64,000 bases of DNA. It comes from Clostridia bacterium. GTDB taxonomy: Bacteria; Bacillota; Clostridia; Oscillospirales; UBA644. Numbering within the stretch: the stretch's first letter is position 1; each line of letters opens with the position of its first letter. The stretch covers positions 8,245 to 72,244 of the forward strand of contig JAFSHW010000038.1 in assembly GCA_017440085.1 (NCBI GenBank). The letters run 5' to 3'. The position numbers and the translations under genes are program-made. Under the pieces are notes generated by a model. The model did no database searches and was not told where the DNA came from. It saw only the letters and a list, made by a program, of their open reading frames with translations. This document shows, one piece after another, positions 27,389 to 35,166 of the stretch.

Positions 27389-27655
27389 ATGAAAAAAACA
27401 CTCACTATCGACTGCCGCAGATGCAAAACTAAGGAAAAAGCCCACCAATATCTTGCAAAAAAGAAAGGTTTTCCACCTTATTACGGCAAGAATTTGGATG
27501 CATTGGCAGACGTTCTTTCAAGCATTGATAAAAACACGCTCATTAAAGTGAAATACTCTAAATCTTTGGAGAAAAATATGGGCGATTACGGCAAAATAAT
27601 GCTGAAAGTCTTTACCGACGCCAAAGCAAACGGCACACAAATTGAAATTTTATAA
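27389..27655 (+). CDS. barstar (barnase inhibitor)
   Basis: FPPYYGKNLDALADVL corresponds to barstar LPEYYGENLDALWDCL (Asp35/Asp39 region). 88 aa, starting 12 nt downstream of barnase. Confidence 0.85.
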   Translation: MKKTLTIDCRRCKTKEKAHQYLAKKKGFPPYYGKNLDALADVLSSIDKNTLIKVKYSKSLEKNMGDYGKIMLKVFTDAKANGTQIEIL

Positions 27656-27722
27656 CACGAAAAGGAGAAGCAAAAAAGCTACTCCTTTCAGTTTGTCGAA
27701 AAAATTATTTATTATTTAAGGG

Positions 27723-27801
27723 ACAATCCCTCAGTCAGCAAAGCTGCCAGCTCCCTTTACACAAGGGAGCTGGATTGCCGTAGGCAAGACTGAGGGATTG
27801 T
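27723..27801. repeat. nested inverted repeat (14-bp outer stem enclosing an 11-bp hairpin)
   Basis: Outer arms acaatccctcagtc (27723-27736) and gactgagggattgt (27788-27801). Inner arms ccagctccctt (27747-27757) and aagggagctgg (27763-27773). Confidence 0.8.
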
Positions 27802-27817
27802 AAGAATAGAAACTGAT

Positions 27818-28720
27818 TCAAAATAAACTTTGCAAATGTTTAGCCTCTTTGTACTGCTTTATCCAGACCGCAGAAAAAGCGATTCCGAAAACGGAAACTG
27901 CGCACAAAAGAAACGCTGCAATAGGTGAAATATCGGAAGTTGCAGGGTTGAAATCCACGGGGATTTTTTCACCTGCAGAAACCAAGTTTGTGGAAGCCCA
28001 ATAATACGAGCCGTCTTCGTTTTCCACAAAGGTATGAGCGTAAACAGGCAGATACTTCTCAAACTTTCCGTTTTTCAAACTGTTGAAAATCTCCGAAGAA
28101 TCAGAGCTATTCTCATACAAAACATTTACGTTTTCGCCGCCGTTATAGCGGTTAATGTTGCCGTGAACCCAAAAGTTCGTCTTGTACTCTTGGCTGTAAA
28201 GGGCGTAAGAAACGTAGATGCGGACACCGTTTTCCGTTTCTTCCGTTTTAATCACGTTTTTATACACGCGGCAACCATTGTCACCGCCGCCGAAATGTGA
28301 ATTGATATAAATATATTCGTCGGTTGTCTCTTGGTAGAAAAGAGTTTTGCTGCTACCGTCGGAAATCTCGGGTCTGCCGCCGAAAAGAGAATCAAAACTG
28401 CCTTCTCCGAAAAGCTTTTCGCAAGCGGCAACGACTTCACTTTTGGCAATTCGCTGTACGTCGGGGTTATCTTCGGGGAGAGGATTTTCGTGCTCAACGT
28501 TTTCCAATTTTCCACTGCCAAGAAGCTCATCAAAAAGAATATCGTGGACATTGCGGAACAAAGAAACGTACTTTAAGTTTTCAACCGTAACGTCAGTGCC
28601 AACGTACGCGCCCTCTGGAACTTGCTCAAGCAGTTCCTCTGAGGAAACGGCTGCGAACGAGCAAAGGAAACAGGAAATCAAAAACAAAGCCGTTAATAAA
28701 ATTGATAAAGATTTTTTCAT
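27818..28720 (-). CDS. hypothetical secreted protein with C-terminal NPATSD motif, TM helix and basic tail
   Basis: N-terminal signal peptide. C-terminus is NPATSD-ISPIAAFLLCAVSVFGIAFSAVWI-KQYKEAKHLQSLF. Confidence 0.6.
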   Translation of the reverse strand: MKKSLSILLTALFLISCFLCSFAAVSSEELLEQVPEGAYVGTDVTVENLKYVSLFRNVHDILFDELLGSGKLENVEHENPLPEDNPDVQRIAKSEVVAACEKLFGEGSFDSLFGGRPEISDGSSKTLFYQETTDEYIYINSHFGGGDNGCRVYKNVIKTEETENGVRIYVSYALYSQEYKTNFWVHGNINRYNGGENVNVLYENSSDSSEIFNSLKNGKFEKYLPVYAHTFVENEDGSYYWASTNLVSAGEKIPVDFNPATSDISPIAAFLLCAVSVFGIAFSAVWIKQYKEAKHLQSLF

Positions 28721-28746
28721 AAAATCAAGCCTTTATTATAATTTAG

Positions 28747-29868
28747 TTAATCTGCAAGGAAATCATTTCTACCCAGAATATTTATGTATTCGGGGTCATA
28801 GTAATCATTGTAGGTTGCCCAAAGTGAACCGTCGGATTTTTGGACGAGAATAATAAATCTTGAACCGCAAATATAGGTAAAATCAAACACGTCGGCGAAT
28901 TTCTCAGCCTGCTTGATTGCATATTGATATGGGAAAGGCTCGTTGCCGATTTCATAGGGTGGTTCATTGAGGTCATTAGACACTTCAAGTTCGGGATATT
29001 CGCCGAAAATCAACTTGCCGTCAGCGGTAAGAGCTACGGGGAGTTTAAGTTCCGTACTTCCGCTATCAATTATGTCAATCATTACGACATTTTCCGGTGA
29101 AAATTCCGTACCGAAAGAAACTACAGAACCGTCATTTTTTAACCCTATAACAACGTTTTTGCAAACAGCAATATCTGCAATATCCGTCCATCGTTCGATT
29201 TCAGGGAAAACATCTTCAAGTTTTTCAAATTTAAGATTATAAAAGCTGATTGTCCCATCAGAATTAAGCCCTATCCATACGACAGTTTTATCATCCACCC
29301 ATAGACGAGTTGTTTTTACAGCATCTAATTCACGCATTTCCCCATATTGAAAATAAGCTTTTCCATTTTCGGTATATAAAATCTCACGCATTTCCCAGTC
29401 AGTTTCAATGTTAATCACTTTAGAAGTTTTTGAAATATCCTCAAAATCAAACACAACATACGGATGGTCTATGACTTGATAAAGATCAATAACACTTCCG
29501 TCCTCGCAGAAAACGAATCTTGAATTAGCAACATAAGACGCGTTTTCTATGGTTTCAGAAAATCTAAACACCGTACCGTTAGAATAATTCTTTTGCATTT
29601 CTATAACTTTACCGTCTATTACGGTGTATTCAGAATCCAGATATCTTTGTGTCTTGATTTGAAGCTCTTGTTTCGTGCCTTCAGTTTCAAAGGGTTCATC
29701 TTCAACCGGAGTTTGAATATCATCGGGAGTTTCATCACCCTTATCCTCTACGGGTAAATCGGGAGTATTTGGTTCATTTGGAGTTTCCGATGGGATATTT
29801 GAATTGCATGCGCTTAAAATTAACAATAATGAAATAGCTAAGATGAAAAGGGATTTGAGTTTTTTCAT
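28747..29868 (-). CDS. lipoprotein with RCC1-like beta-propeller repeats
   Basis: Lipobox LILSAC. Recurring motifs IGLNSDGTISF, IGLKNDGSVVSFG, ALTADGKLIFG and VQKSDGSLWAT. Confidence 0.5.
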   Translation of the reverse strand: MKKLKSLFILAISLLLILSACNSNIPSETPNEPNTPDLPVEDKGDETPDDIQTPVEDEPFETEGTKQELQIKTQRYLDSEYTVIDGKVIEMQKNYSNGTVFRFSETIENASYVANSRFVFCEDGSVIDLYQVIDHPYVVFDFEDISKTSKVINIETDWEMREILYTENGKAYFQYGEMRELDAVKTTRLWVDDKTVVWIGLNSDGTISFYNLKFEKLEDVFPEIERWTDIADIAVCKNVVIGLKNDGSVVSFGTEFSPENVVMIDIIDSGSTELKLPVALTADGKLIFGEYPELEVSNDLNEPPYEIGNEPFPYQYAIKQAEKFADVFDFTYICGSRFIILVQKSDGSLWATYNDYYDPEYINILGRNDFLAD

Positions 29869-29891
29869 TGGATTACCACCTTTCTATGAAT

Positions 29892-29920
29892 ATTATACTA
29901 TATTTCACAATTATTGTCAA
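29892..29920 (-). promoter_or_regulatory. sigma-A type promoter of the RCC1-like lipoprotein gene
   Basis: On the minus strand: TTGACA (29920-29915), 17 nt spacer, TATAAT (29897-29892). Confidence 0.55.
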
Positions 29921-29934
29921 CCAACTAAAGTTTA

Positions 29935-29976
29935 CAAAAAAGACCGAGACGGGTTGCAAAAATCCGTTTCGATCTT
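29935..29976 (-). terminator. rho-independent terminator of the two-component operon
   Basis: On the minus strand the stem AAGATCGAAACGG / CCGTCTCGGTCTT pairs at 12 of 13 positions, counting a G-U pair, and is followed by TTTTTT. Confidence 0.6.
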
Positions 29977-29988
29977 ATTTTTATGGAA

Positions 29989-31350
29989 TTATTTAATGGG
30001 CAAGAAAATATCAAACACAGCGCCTGATTCTCCGCCAGTCTTATTCCTTGCGTTCACTGCGCCGCCGTGGCTGACGACTACAGCTTTTGCGATTGAAAGC
30101 CCCAAGCCGTGCTTGCCTTTTTTGCCCTTGTAGAAGCGGTCAAAAAGGTGGGGCAAGTCGTCGTTATGAATGCCCGGTCCGTCGTCGGAAACTGTGAAGC
30201 AAACCCCCTTGGCTACGGGGCGAACCTCCACAACAACCTCGCTCTTTGCAAAGCGCAGGCAGTTTGAGATAATATTCGTCAACGCTACGCAGAAATTATC
30301 CACGTCACAGCGTACGTTCATTTCTGCAATATCACCCTTTGAAATAGTGATATTTCCCGAAACGGCAATACCCTGAACTCTGTCAATAGCCTCGTCAACT
30401 ATCTGCAATGTGGAAGCGTCTTCCACCACTATTGAATTTGCAGAAGTCTCCATTTTGGTAAGATACATAATATCTTCAATAATTTTTTCAAGGCGTGAAG
30501 TCTGGTCAAGAATCTCCGTGCAGATTTCTTCAGTATTTTCAAAAACACCGTCGCGCATACCCTCGGTATAGCCTCTGATTGACATAAGCGGCGTTCTCAA
30601 TTCGTGGGAAGCGTTTTGCAGGAAGATTTTTTGGCTGAGGTCGTATTCTTCCAAGCTCTTGGTCATTGCATCGAAGGCGTCCGCAAGTTCTCCAACCTCG
30701 TCGTCAGAATCAATTTTAATATTACAGTTGTAATTACGTTTTGCAAGCATATTCGCCTTCGCTTTCAGCTTTTTCAAGTTTAAGGTCAAAGTGCTTGAAA
30801 AAATCAGCGCAATACAAACAGTAAATAAAGCGGCAATCAGAACTGCCATTAAGTACAAAGAAAAAAGGGAACGGTCTATCCCGTATCTATCCACCTGCAT
30901 ATACAAAACGAGAGCCGTTCTATCCCCCGTATCCAAGGAATAAATATGGCGGACGTACAAGGCGTAGTCTCCCGTTACGTGCTTCAAGGCGTGAGCACCC
31001 TCAGTTCCGATTTTGGAACGGACCGCTGTCTGAAAATCCGATAAGGAAATAGACATTGAAGAGGAGTGGAAGCCAACGTCATAATTATCGTTAAGATACG
31101 CGGCAAAGGAGTAATCCTTTACGTTAAGCTCATTGAATATTTCCTTCACTCTCTGGGTTGCGAGAGGGCTGATATTTCTTGAAGTCAAGGTTTCAACCAG
31201 CTCTTCCGCATATTCCTGAAGCTGCTTATTTCCCTCGTTGATTATATACCCTGATGAGAAAAGAGAAATAAAGGTAATGGAAATGCCCGCCATCATAAAA
31301 ATGACGGCGGCATATGATAATATCAGCTTAAAGGTAATACTGCGTTTCAT
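29989..31350 (-). CDS. sensor histidine kinase (two TM segments, HAMP, HisKA, HATPase_c)
   Basis: H-box ASHELRTPL, N-box IISNCLRFA, G-boxes DDGPGI and GLGLSIA. Confidence 0.85.
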   Translation of the reverse strand: MKRSITFKLILSYAAVIFMMAGISITFISLFSSGYIINEGNKQLQEYAEELVETLTSRNISPLATQRVKEIFNELNVKDYSFAAYLNDNYDVGFHSSSMSISLSDFQTAVRSKIGTEGAHALKHVTGDYALYVRHIYSLDTGDRTALVLYMQVDRYGIDRSLFSLYLMAVLIAALFTVCIALIFSSTLTLNLKKLKAKANMLAKRNYNCNIKIDSDDEVGELADAFDAMTKSLEEYDLSQKIFLQNASHELRTPLMSIRGYTEGMRDGVFENTEEICTEILDQTSRLEKIIEDIMYLTKMETSANSIVVEDASTLQIVDEAIDRVQGIAVSGNITISKGDIAEMNVRCDVDNFCVALTNIISNCLRFAKSEVVVEVRPVAKGVCFTVSDDGPGIHNDDLPHLFDRFYKGKKGKHGLGLSIAKAVVVSHGGAVNARNKTGGESGAVFDIFLPIK

Positions 31351-31353
31351 AAA

Positions 31354-32070
31354 TTATTCCTTAGCAGGCTCAGAGGGGTCAGTAACCTTATATCCGTAGC
31401 CCCAAACGGTTTCGATTTTGAAATCCGTTGCGGCAGCGTCAAGCTTTTTGCGGATTCGCTTAACAAGGTCGTCCACAGCGCGGGTATCTCCGATATATTG
31501 GTAATCCCAAATATTTGTGAGAAGCTGGCTTCTGGTGAAAACTCTGTTTTTATTTGAAACCATAAAGAAAATGAAATCGTATTCCATTGCGGTAAGGTTG
31601 ATTTCCTCTTCCACTTCACCGCAAACCTTAACAACTCGGCGCTCTATGGGGAAAATTTTAATATCACGGCAGGAGTAAGTGTTTGCATTCTTATCGCCCT
31701 GCATACCGTCGATTCTGCGGAAAACGGCTTTAACTCTTGCAACCATTTCCCTGGGGGAGAAGGGCTTTGGAATATAATCGTCTGCACCCATTTCAATACC
31801 CAAAATTCTGTCAAGCTCCTCGTCACGGGCAGAAACGATAATAATAGGCACGTTTGCCTTTTTTCGAACCTCGTTACAAAGCTCGAAGCCGGACATTCCG
31901 GGCATCATAATATCAATAACCAACATATCGGGCATAGCGGCGTTGAACCCTGCAAGGGCGTCTTCACCGTTTTCAAATTCAGAAACCGTATAACCCTCTT
32001 TTTCAAGGTAGGAACGAATTATCTGACGTATGTTTTTTTCGTCGTCAACTACGTAAATTGTTTTTGGCAT
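31354..32070 (-). CDS. OmpR/PhoB-family response regulator
   Basis: Receiver domain (VVDDE, DIMMPGMSG, SARDE) and winged-helix C-terminus (ETVWGYGYK). Confidence 0.9.
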   Translation of the reverse strand: MPKTIYVVDDEKNIRQIIRSYLEKEGYTVSEFENGEDALAGFNAAMPDMLVIDIMMPGMSGFELCNEVRKKANVPIIIVSARDEELDRILGIEMGADDYIPKPFSPREMVARVKAVFRRIDGMQGDKNANTYSCRDIKIFPIERRVVKVCGEVEEEINLTAMEYDFIFFMVSNKNRVFTRSQLLTNIWDYQYIGDTRAVDDLVKRIRKKLDAAATDFKIETVWGYGYKVTDPSEPAKE

Positions 32071-32446
32071 TTAACATCTTTCCTTTCATTCATCAGATTC
32101 TCACCTTATATATTTTTATTATACACTTTAATTGTATCACAATTTTGTGCAAAAAACACAAGTTTTATAAAATCAGGTCTTTACGGTACAATGATAACAT
32201 ATTTAAAGGAATTTTGCAATGGGGAAAACGTGTTTTTGCAAAAAATTTATAATCGCAAAAAACAAATAAGAAAAAACTCCCACAAATCTGCCACAGAACG
32301 GACCTTGATATTCGGGAATTTTAGGTTATAATATATTCGTAAATTGATTTGGACATAATCATTAGCCAACACCTATTGAAAAACTCCTTTATCATATTTT
32401 CAAACTACTATCTCCCCTCTAAATTTTTTTCTAATCATTTTGAAAA

Positions 32447-32469
32447 GCCCGAACTGATATAGTTCGGGC
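32447..32469 (-). terminator. rho-independent terminator of the HMGL-GntR-DUF6054 operon
   Basis: Stem gcccgaact / agttcgggc with a 5-nt loop. The minus strand is followed by TTTTCAAAA. Confidence 0.6.
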
Positions 32470-32498
32470 CTCCTCCTTTTATGGGAATATAATTTTTT

Positions 32499-32538
32499 GC
32501 GGGGGACCTTATTTTCACGTAAAAATAAGGTCCCCCGC
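32499..32538. repeat. perfect 17-bp inverted repeat with a 6-nt loop
   Basis: Arms gcgggggaccttatttt and aaaataaggtcccccgc. Confidence 0.85.
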
Positions 32539-32578
32539 ACCCCCTCCAACAAAACCGTATTGGGTATATGTTGAATTT

Positions 32579-32905
32579 TTATAATAACTCTCTTAATTTA
32601 TCAAGAAATGCCTCTTCACCGAAAGTATTTATTTTCAAAAAGATTGCTTGGCTGCCACCGGAAGTAATTGCAGAAAGATGAATAGGACCATCGCCACTTT
32701 GAAAAAGTGTAACGCTTAAACTGACCCTGTTTCCGCCCATATAACTGTATCGCTCAAAAACTCTGACGCTGCACCTTGCTCCGTTACTGCGAAAATCACT
32801 GGAGTCTTCAAGTGAAGCGGAAACGCTGCCGTTTACTATTCCGTCTTCGATTCTATTAAGTATTTGGCTGAAATTGCCGTTGAGAGTTGTTTCTAATTTA
32901 GCCAT
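32579..32905 (-). CDS. small conserved hypothetical protein (DUF6054-like, from memory)
   Basis: 108-aa soluble ORF starting 9 nt after the GntR gene. The family name is recalled, not verified. Confidence 0.45.
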   Translation of the reverse strand: MAKLETTLNGNFSQILNRIEDGIVNGSVSASLEDSSDFRSNGARCSVRVFERYSYMGGNRVSLSVTLFQSGDGPIHLSAITSGGSQAIFLKINTFGEEAFLDKLRELL

Positions 32906-32913
32906 ATTTTCAC

Positions 32914-33570
32914 CTACTTTTTAACTTTAAGTAAGCTCTGCCTTGCCTTTACGATATGGTTCTGAGCTTCTTTTTCAGCCTTTTCACCATCGTGAGCAGC
33001 AATTGCTTCGAATATTCTGCGGTGCTCCTCAACTGCGGCAACGGCTCTACCCTCGGACTGAATGGAAAGACCTCGCGCAAGCTGAATATTATTGTGGAGC
33101 TGAGAAAGTATCTGCCTTAAAGTTCTGCTTCCACCTGCGGCATAAACTGCTTCGTGAAAGGTGGAATCAAGCCCCTTAACTCTGTCGGAATCACCTTTTG
33201 AGGCGTAAAATTCCTGAAGCTCCAAAATATCGCGAAGCTTTTCAATAGCCTCATCAGAAATATTTTCAGCAGCCCAACCGGCAGCAAGACCTTCTATATG
33301 AATGCGAATGGTATAAATATCGTCAACGTCCTTTTCGGAAATGCCGACGACTTCTGCGCCTCTGTTGGGGAAGGTTTTCACCAATCCCTCAAGCTCCAAT
33401 TGGCGAAGGGCTTCCCTTACGGGAGTTCGGCTAACCTCCAGCATAGTGGAAAGACCTTGTTCCGTAAGGGCTTCTCCGGGCAAAAATTCGCCGCTGAGAA
33501 TGGCTTTTTCCAAAACCTTAAATACCTTTGCGGTAAGAGAGCCTTGCTGAGTTTTATCTATTTTTTCCAT
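32914..33570 (-). CDS. GntR-family transcriptional regulator, FadR/FCD subfamily
   Basis: wHTH LSTMLEVSRTPVREALRQLELEGLV, plus an all-helical FCD-type C-terminal domain (HEAVYAA, EEHRRIFEAI). Confidence 0.85.
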   Translation of the reverse strand: MEKIDKTQQGSLTAKVFKVLEKAILSGEFLPGEALTEQGLSTMLEVSRTPVREALRQLELEGLVKTFPNRGAEVVGISEKDVDDIYTIRIHIEGLAAGWAAENISDEAIEKLRDILELQEFYASKGDSDRVKGLDSTFHEAVYAAGGSRTLRQILSQLHNNIQLARGLSIQSEGRAVAAVEEHRRIFEAIAAHDGEKAEKEAQNHIVKARQSLLKVKK

Positions 33571-33572
33571 AA

Positions 33573-34946
33573 TTAGTCCTCAAGCAATTCGGGCATATAA
33601 GTTTTTACAAGGTAAAGCATCTCGTCGTCGCTGATAACCGTCTGTCTGCCGTCAACGTACTGAGAATCAATCCATTCCTTCATTTTGAGGATTCTTTCGT
33701 CCTTTTTATCAACCCAGCATTCAACGGGGAGATTAAAGTGGTTGTTTATCCAAAAAGCCACAGCCGCAAGGCCTGAAACGTTATTGATAGATACGTTTGC
33801 AGGGCGGTTGAGGATTTTATTGGTATCGAAAATATTGTAAATTTCCTCGTCCTTGAGAAGTCCGTCTGCGTGGATTCCTGCTCTGGTTACGTTGAAATTC
33901 TGACCTACGAAAGGTGTCATAGGTGGAATTTCATAGCCCAATTCGTTTTTATAGTAGTCTGCAAGCTCTGTAATTACAGTGGTATCCATTCCTGCAGTGG
34001 TTCCTTTAAGTGAAGCGTATTGCATAACCATAGCTTCAAGGGGAATATTACCAGTTCTTTCGCCTATGCCGAAAAGTGAGCAGTTAACTGCACTTGCGCC
34101 GAAAAGCCAAGCAGTAGAAGCATTTGCAACTGCCATATAAAAGTCGTTGTGTCCGTGCCATTCAAGCATCTCTGACGGAACGTCGGAATATTTCTGCAAA
34201 CCGTAAATAAGACCTGCAACGCTTCGTGGGAGAGCAACTGCGGTGTAAGGAACGCCGTAGCCCATAGTATCGCAAACTCTGATTTTTATGGGAACGCCCG
34301 TTCTTTCGCTCATTGCCATAAGCTCGTTTACGAAAGGAACTACGAAGCCGAAGAAATCGGCTCTTGTAATATCTTCAAAATGACATCTTGGACGAAGACC
34401 TGCTTCAATGGCATCTGCAACTACTGAAAGGTAGTGAGTCATTGCCTGCACACGTGTCATTTTAAGCTTGTTAAAAATGTGGTAGTCAGAACAGCTTACC
34501 AAAATACCCGTTTCTTTAATTCCAATGTCTTTTACAAGCTGGAAGTCACTTTTTGAGGCGCGAATCCAAGTTGTGATTTCAGGGAACTTGTAGCCTTTTT
34601 CCATACATTTATAAAGAGCGTCTCTGTCCTTCTGGCTATATACGAAAAATTCCGTCTGGCGAATTATACCGTTAGGTCCGCCCAGCTGATGAAGCTTATC
34701 ATAAATATAAGTCATCTGCTCAACGGTATATGGAGCGCGGGACTGCTGACCGTCACGGAAAGTGGTGTCTGTAATCCAAATTTCTTCAGGCATATTCATA
34801 GGCACACGGCGGTGGTTGAAGGAAATTTTGGGAACTTCCGTATAAGGGTAAAGGTCTCTGTAAAGATTTGGCTCGGCAACATCCTGCACTCTGTATTTAT
34901 AGGTTTCTTCTTCGAGAAGATTTGTTTTCTTGTTAATTTCAAGCAT
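33573..34946 (-). CDS. HMGL-like / LeuA-NifV family 2-oxoacid:acyl-CoA condensing enzyme; possibly Re-citrate synthase type
   Basis: ITDTTFRDGQQ and HGHNDFYMAVANAS (the TIM-barrel metal site) with no LeuA C-terminal regulatory domain. ATG at 34946 is preceded by GGAGAA. The ORF track starts at 35015. Confidence 0.6.
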   Translation of the reverse strand: MLEINKKTNLLEEETYKYRVQDVAEPNLYRDLYPYTEVPKISFNHRRVPMNMPEEIWITDTTFRDGQQSRAPYTVEQMTYIYDKLHQLGGPNGIIRQTEFFVYSQKDRDALYKCMEKGYKFPEITTWIRASKSDFQLVKDIGIKETGILVSCSDYHIFNKLKMTRVQAMTHYLSVVADAIEAGLRPRCHFEDITRADFFGFVVPFVNELMAMSERTGVPIKIRVCDTMGYGVPYTAVALPRSVAGLIYGLQKYSDVPSEMLEWHGHNDFYMAVANASTAWLFGASAVNCSLFGIGERTGNIPLEAMVMQYASLKGTTAGMDTTVITELADYYKNELGYEIPPMTPFVGQNFNVTRAGIHADGLLKDEEIYNIFDTNKILNRPANVSINNVSGLAAVAFWINNHFNLPVECWVDKKDERILKMKEWIDSQYVDGRQTVISDDEMLYLVKTYMPELLED

Positions 34947-34984
34947 TTCGATTCTCCTATCTTCAATCATTGAAAGATTGTATG

Positions 34985-34996
34985 ATTGTATACAAT
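34985..34996. promoter_or_regulatory. candidate GntR operator: perfect 12-bp palindrome ATTGTATACAAT
   Basis: Read directly from the sequence. It lies about 40 bp upstream of the operon start codon and fits the FadR-subfamily t.GT-n-AC.a pattern. It is preceded by the direct repeat gattgtat-gattgtat. Confidence 0.5.
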
Positions 34997-35095
34997 TTCT
35001 GATATTATAATACATTACTGAGGTAAAGTCAAGGGGTAAATAGGGGCTTTTTGGTGAACTTTTAAATTAAGAAGTTCAATGCAAAGTTTGATTTC

Positions 35096-35124
35096 TTGAC
35101 AATGCGAGTATTTTATGGTATACT
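35096..35124 (+). promoter_or_regulatory. sigma-A type promoter
   Basis: TTGACA (35096-35101), 17 nt spacer, TATACT (35119-35124). Confidence 0.55.
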
Positions 35125-35166
35125 TTAAAAGCAAACCATAAAATTTTATTTAAGGGGTTTATCTTT

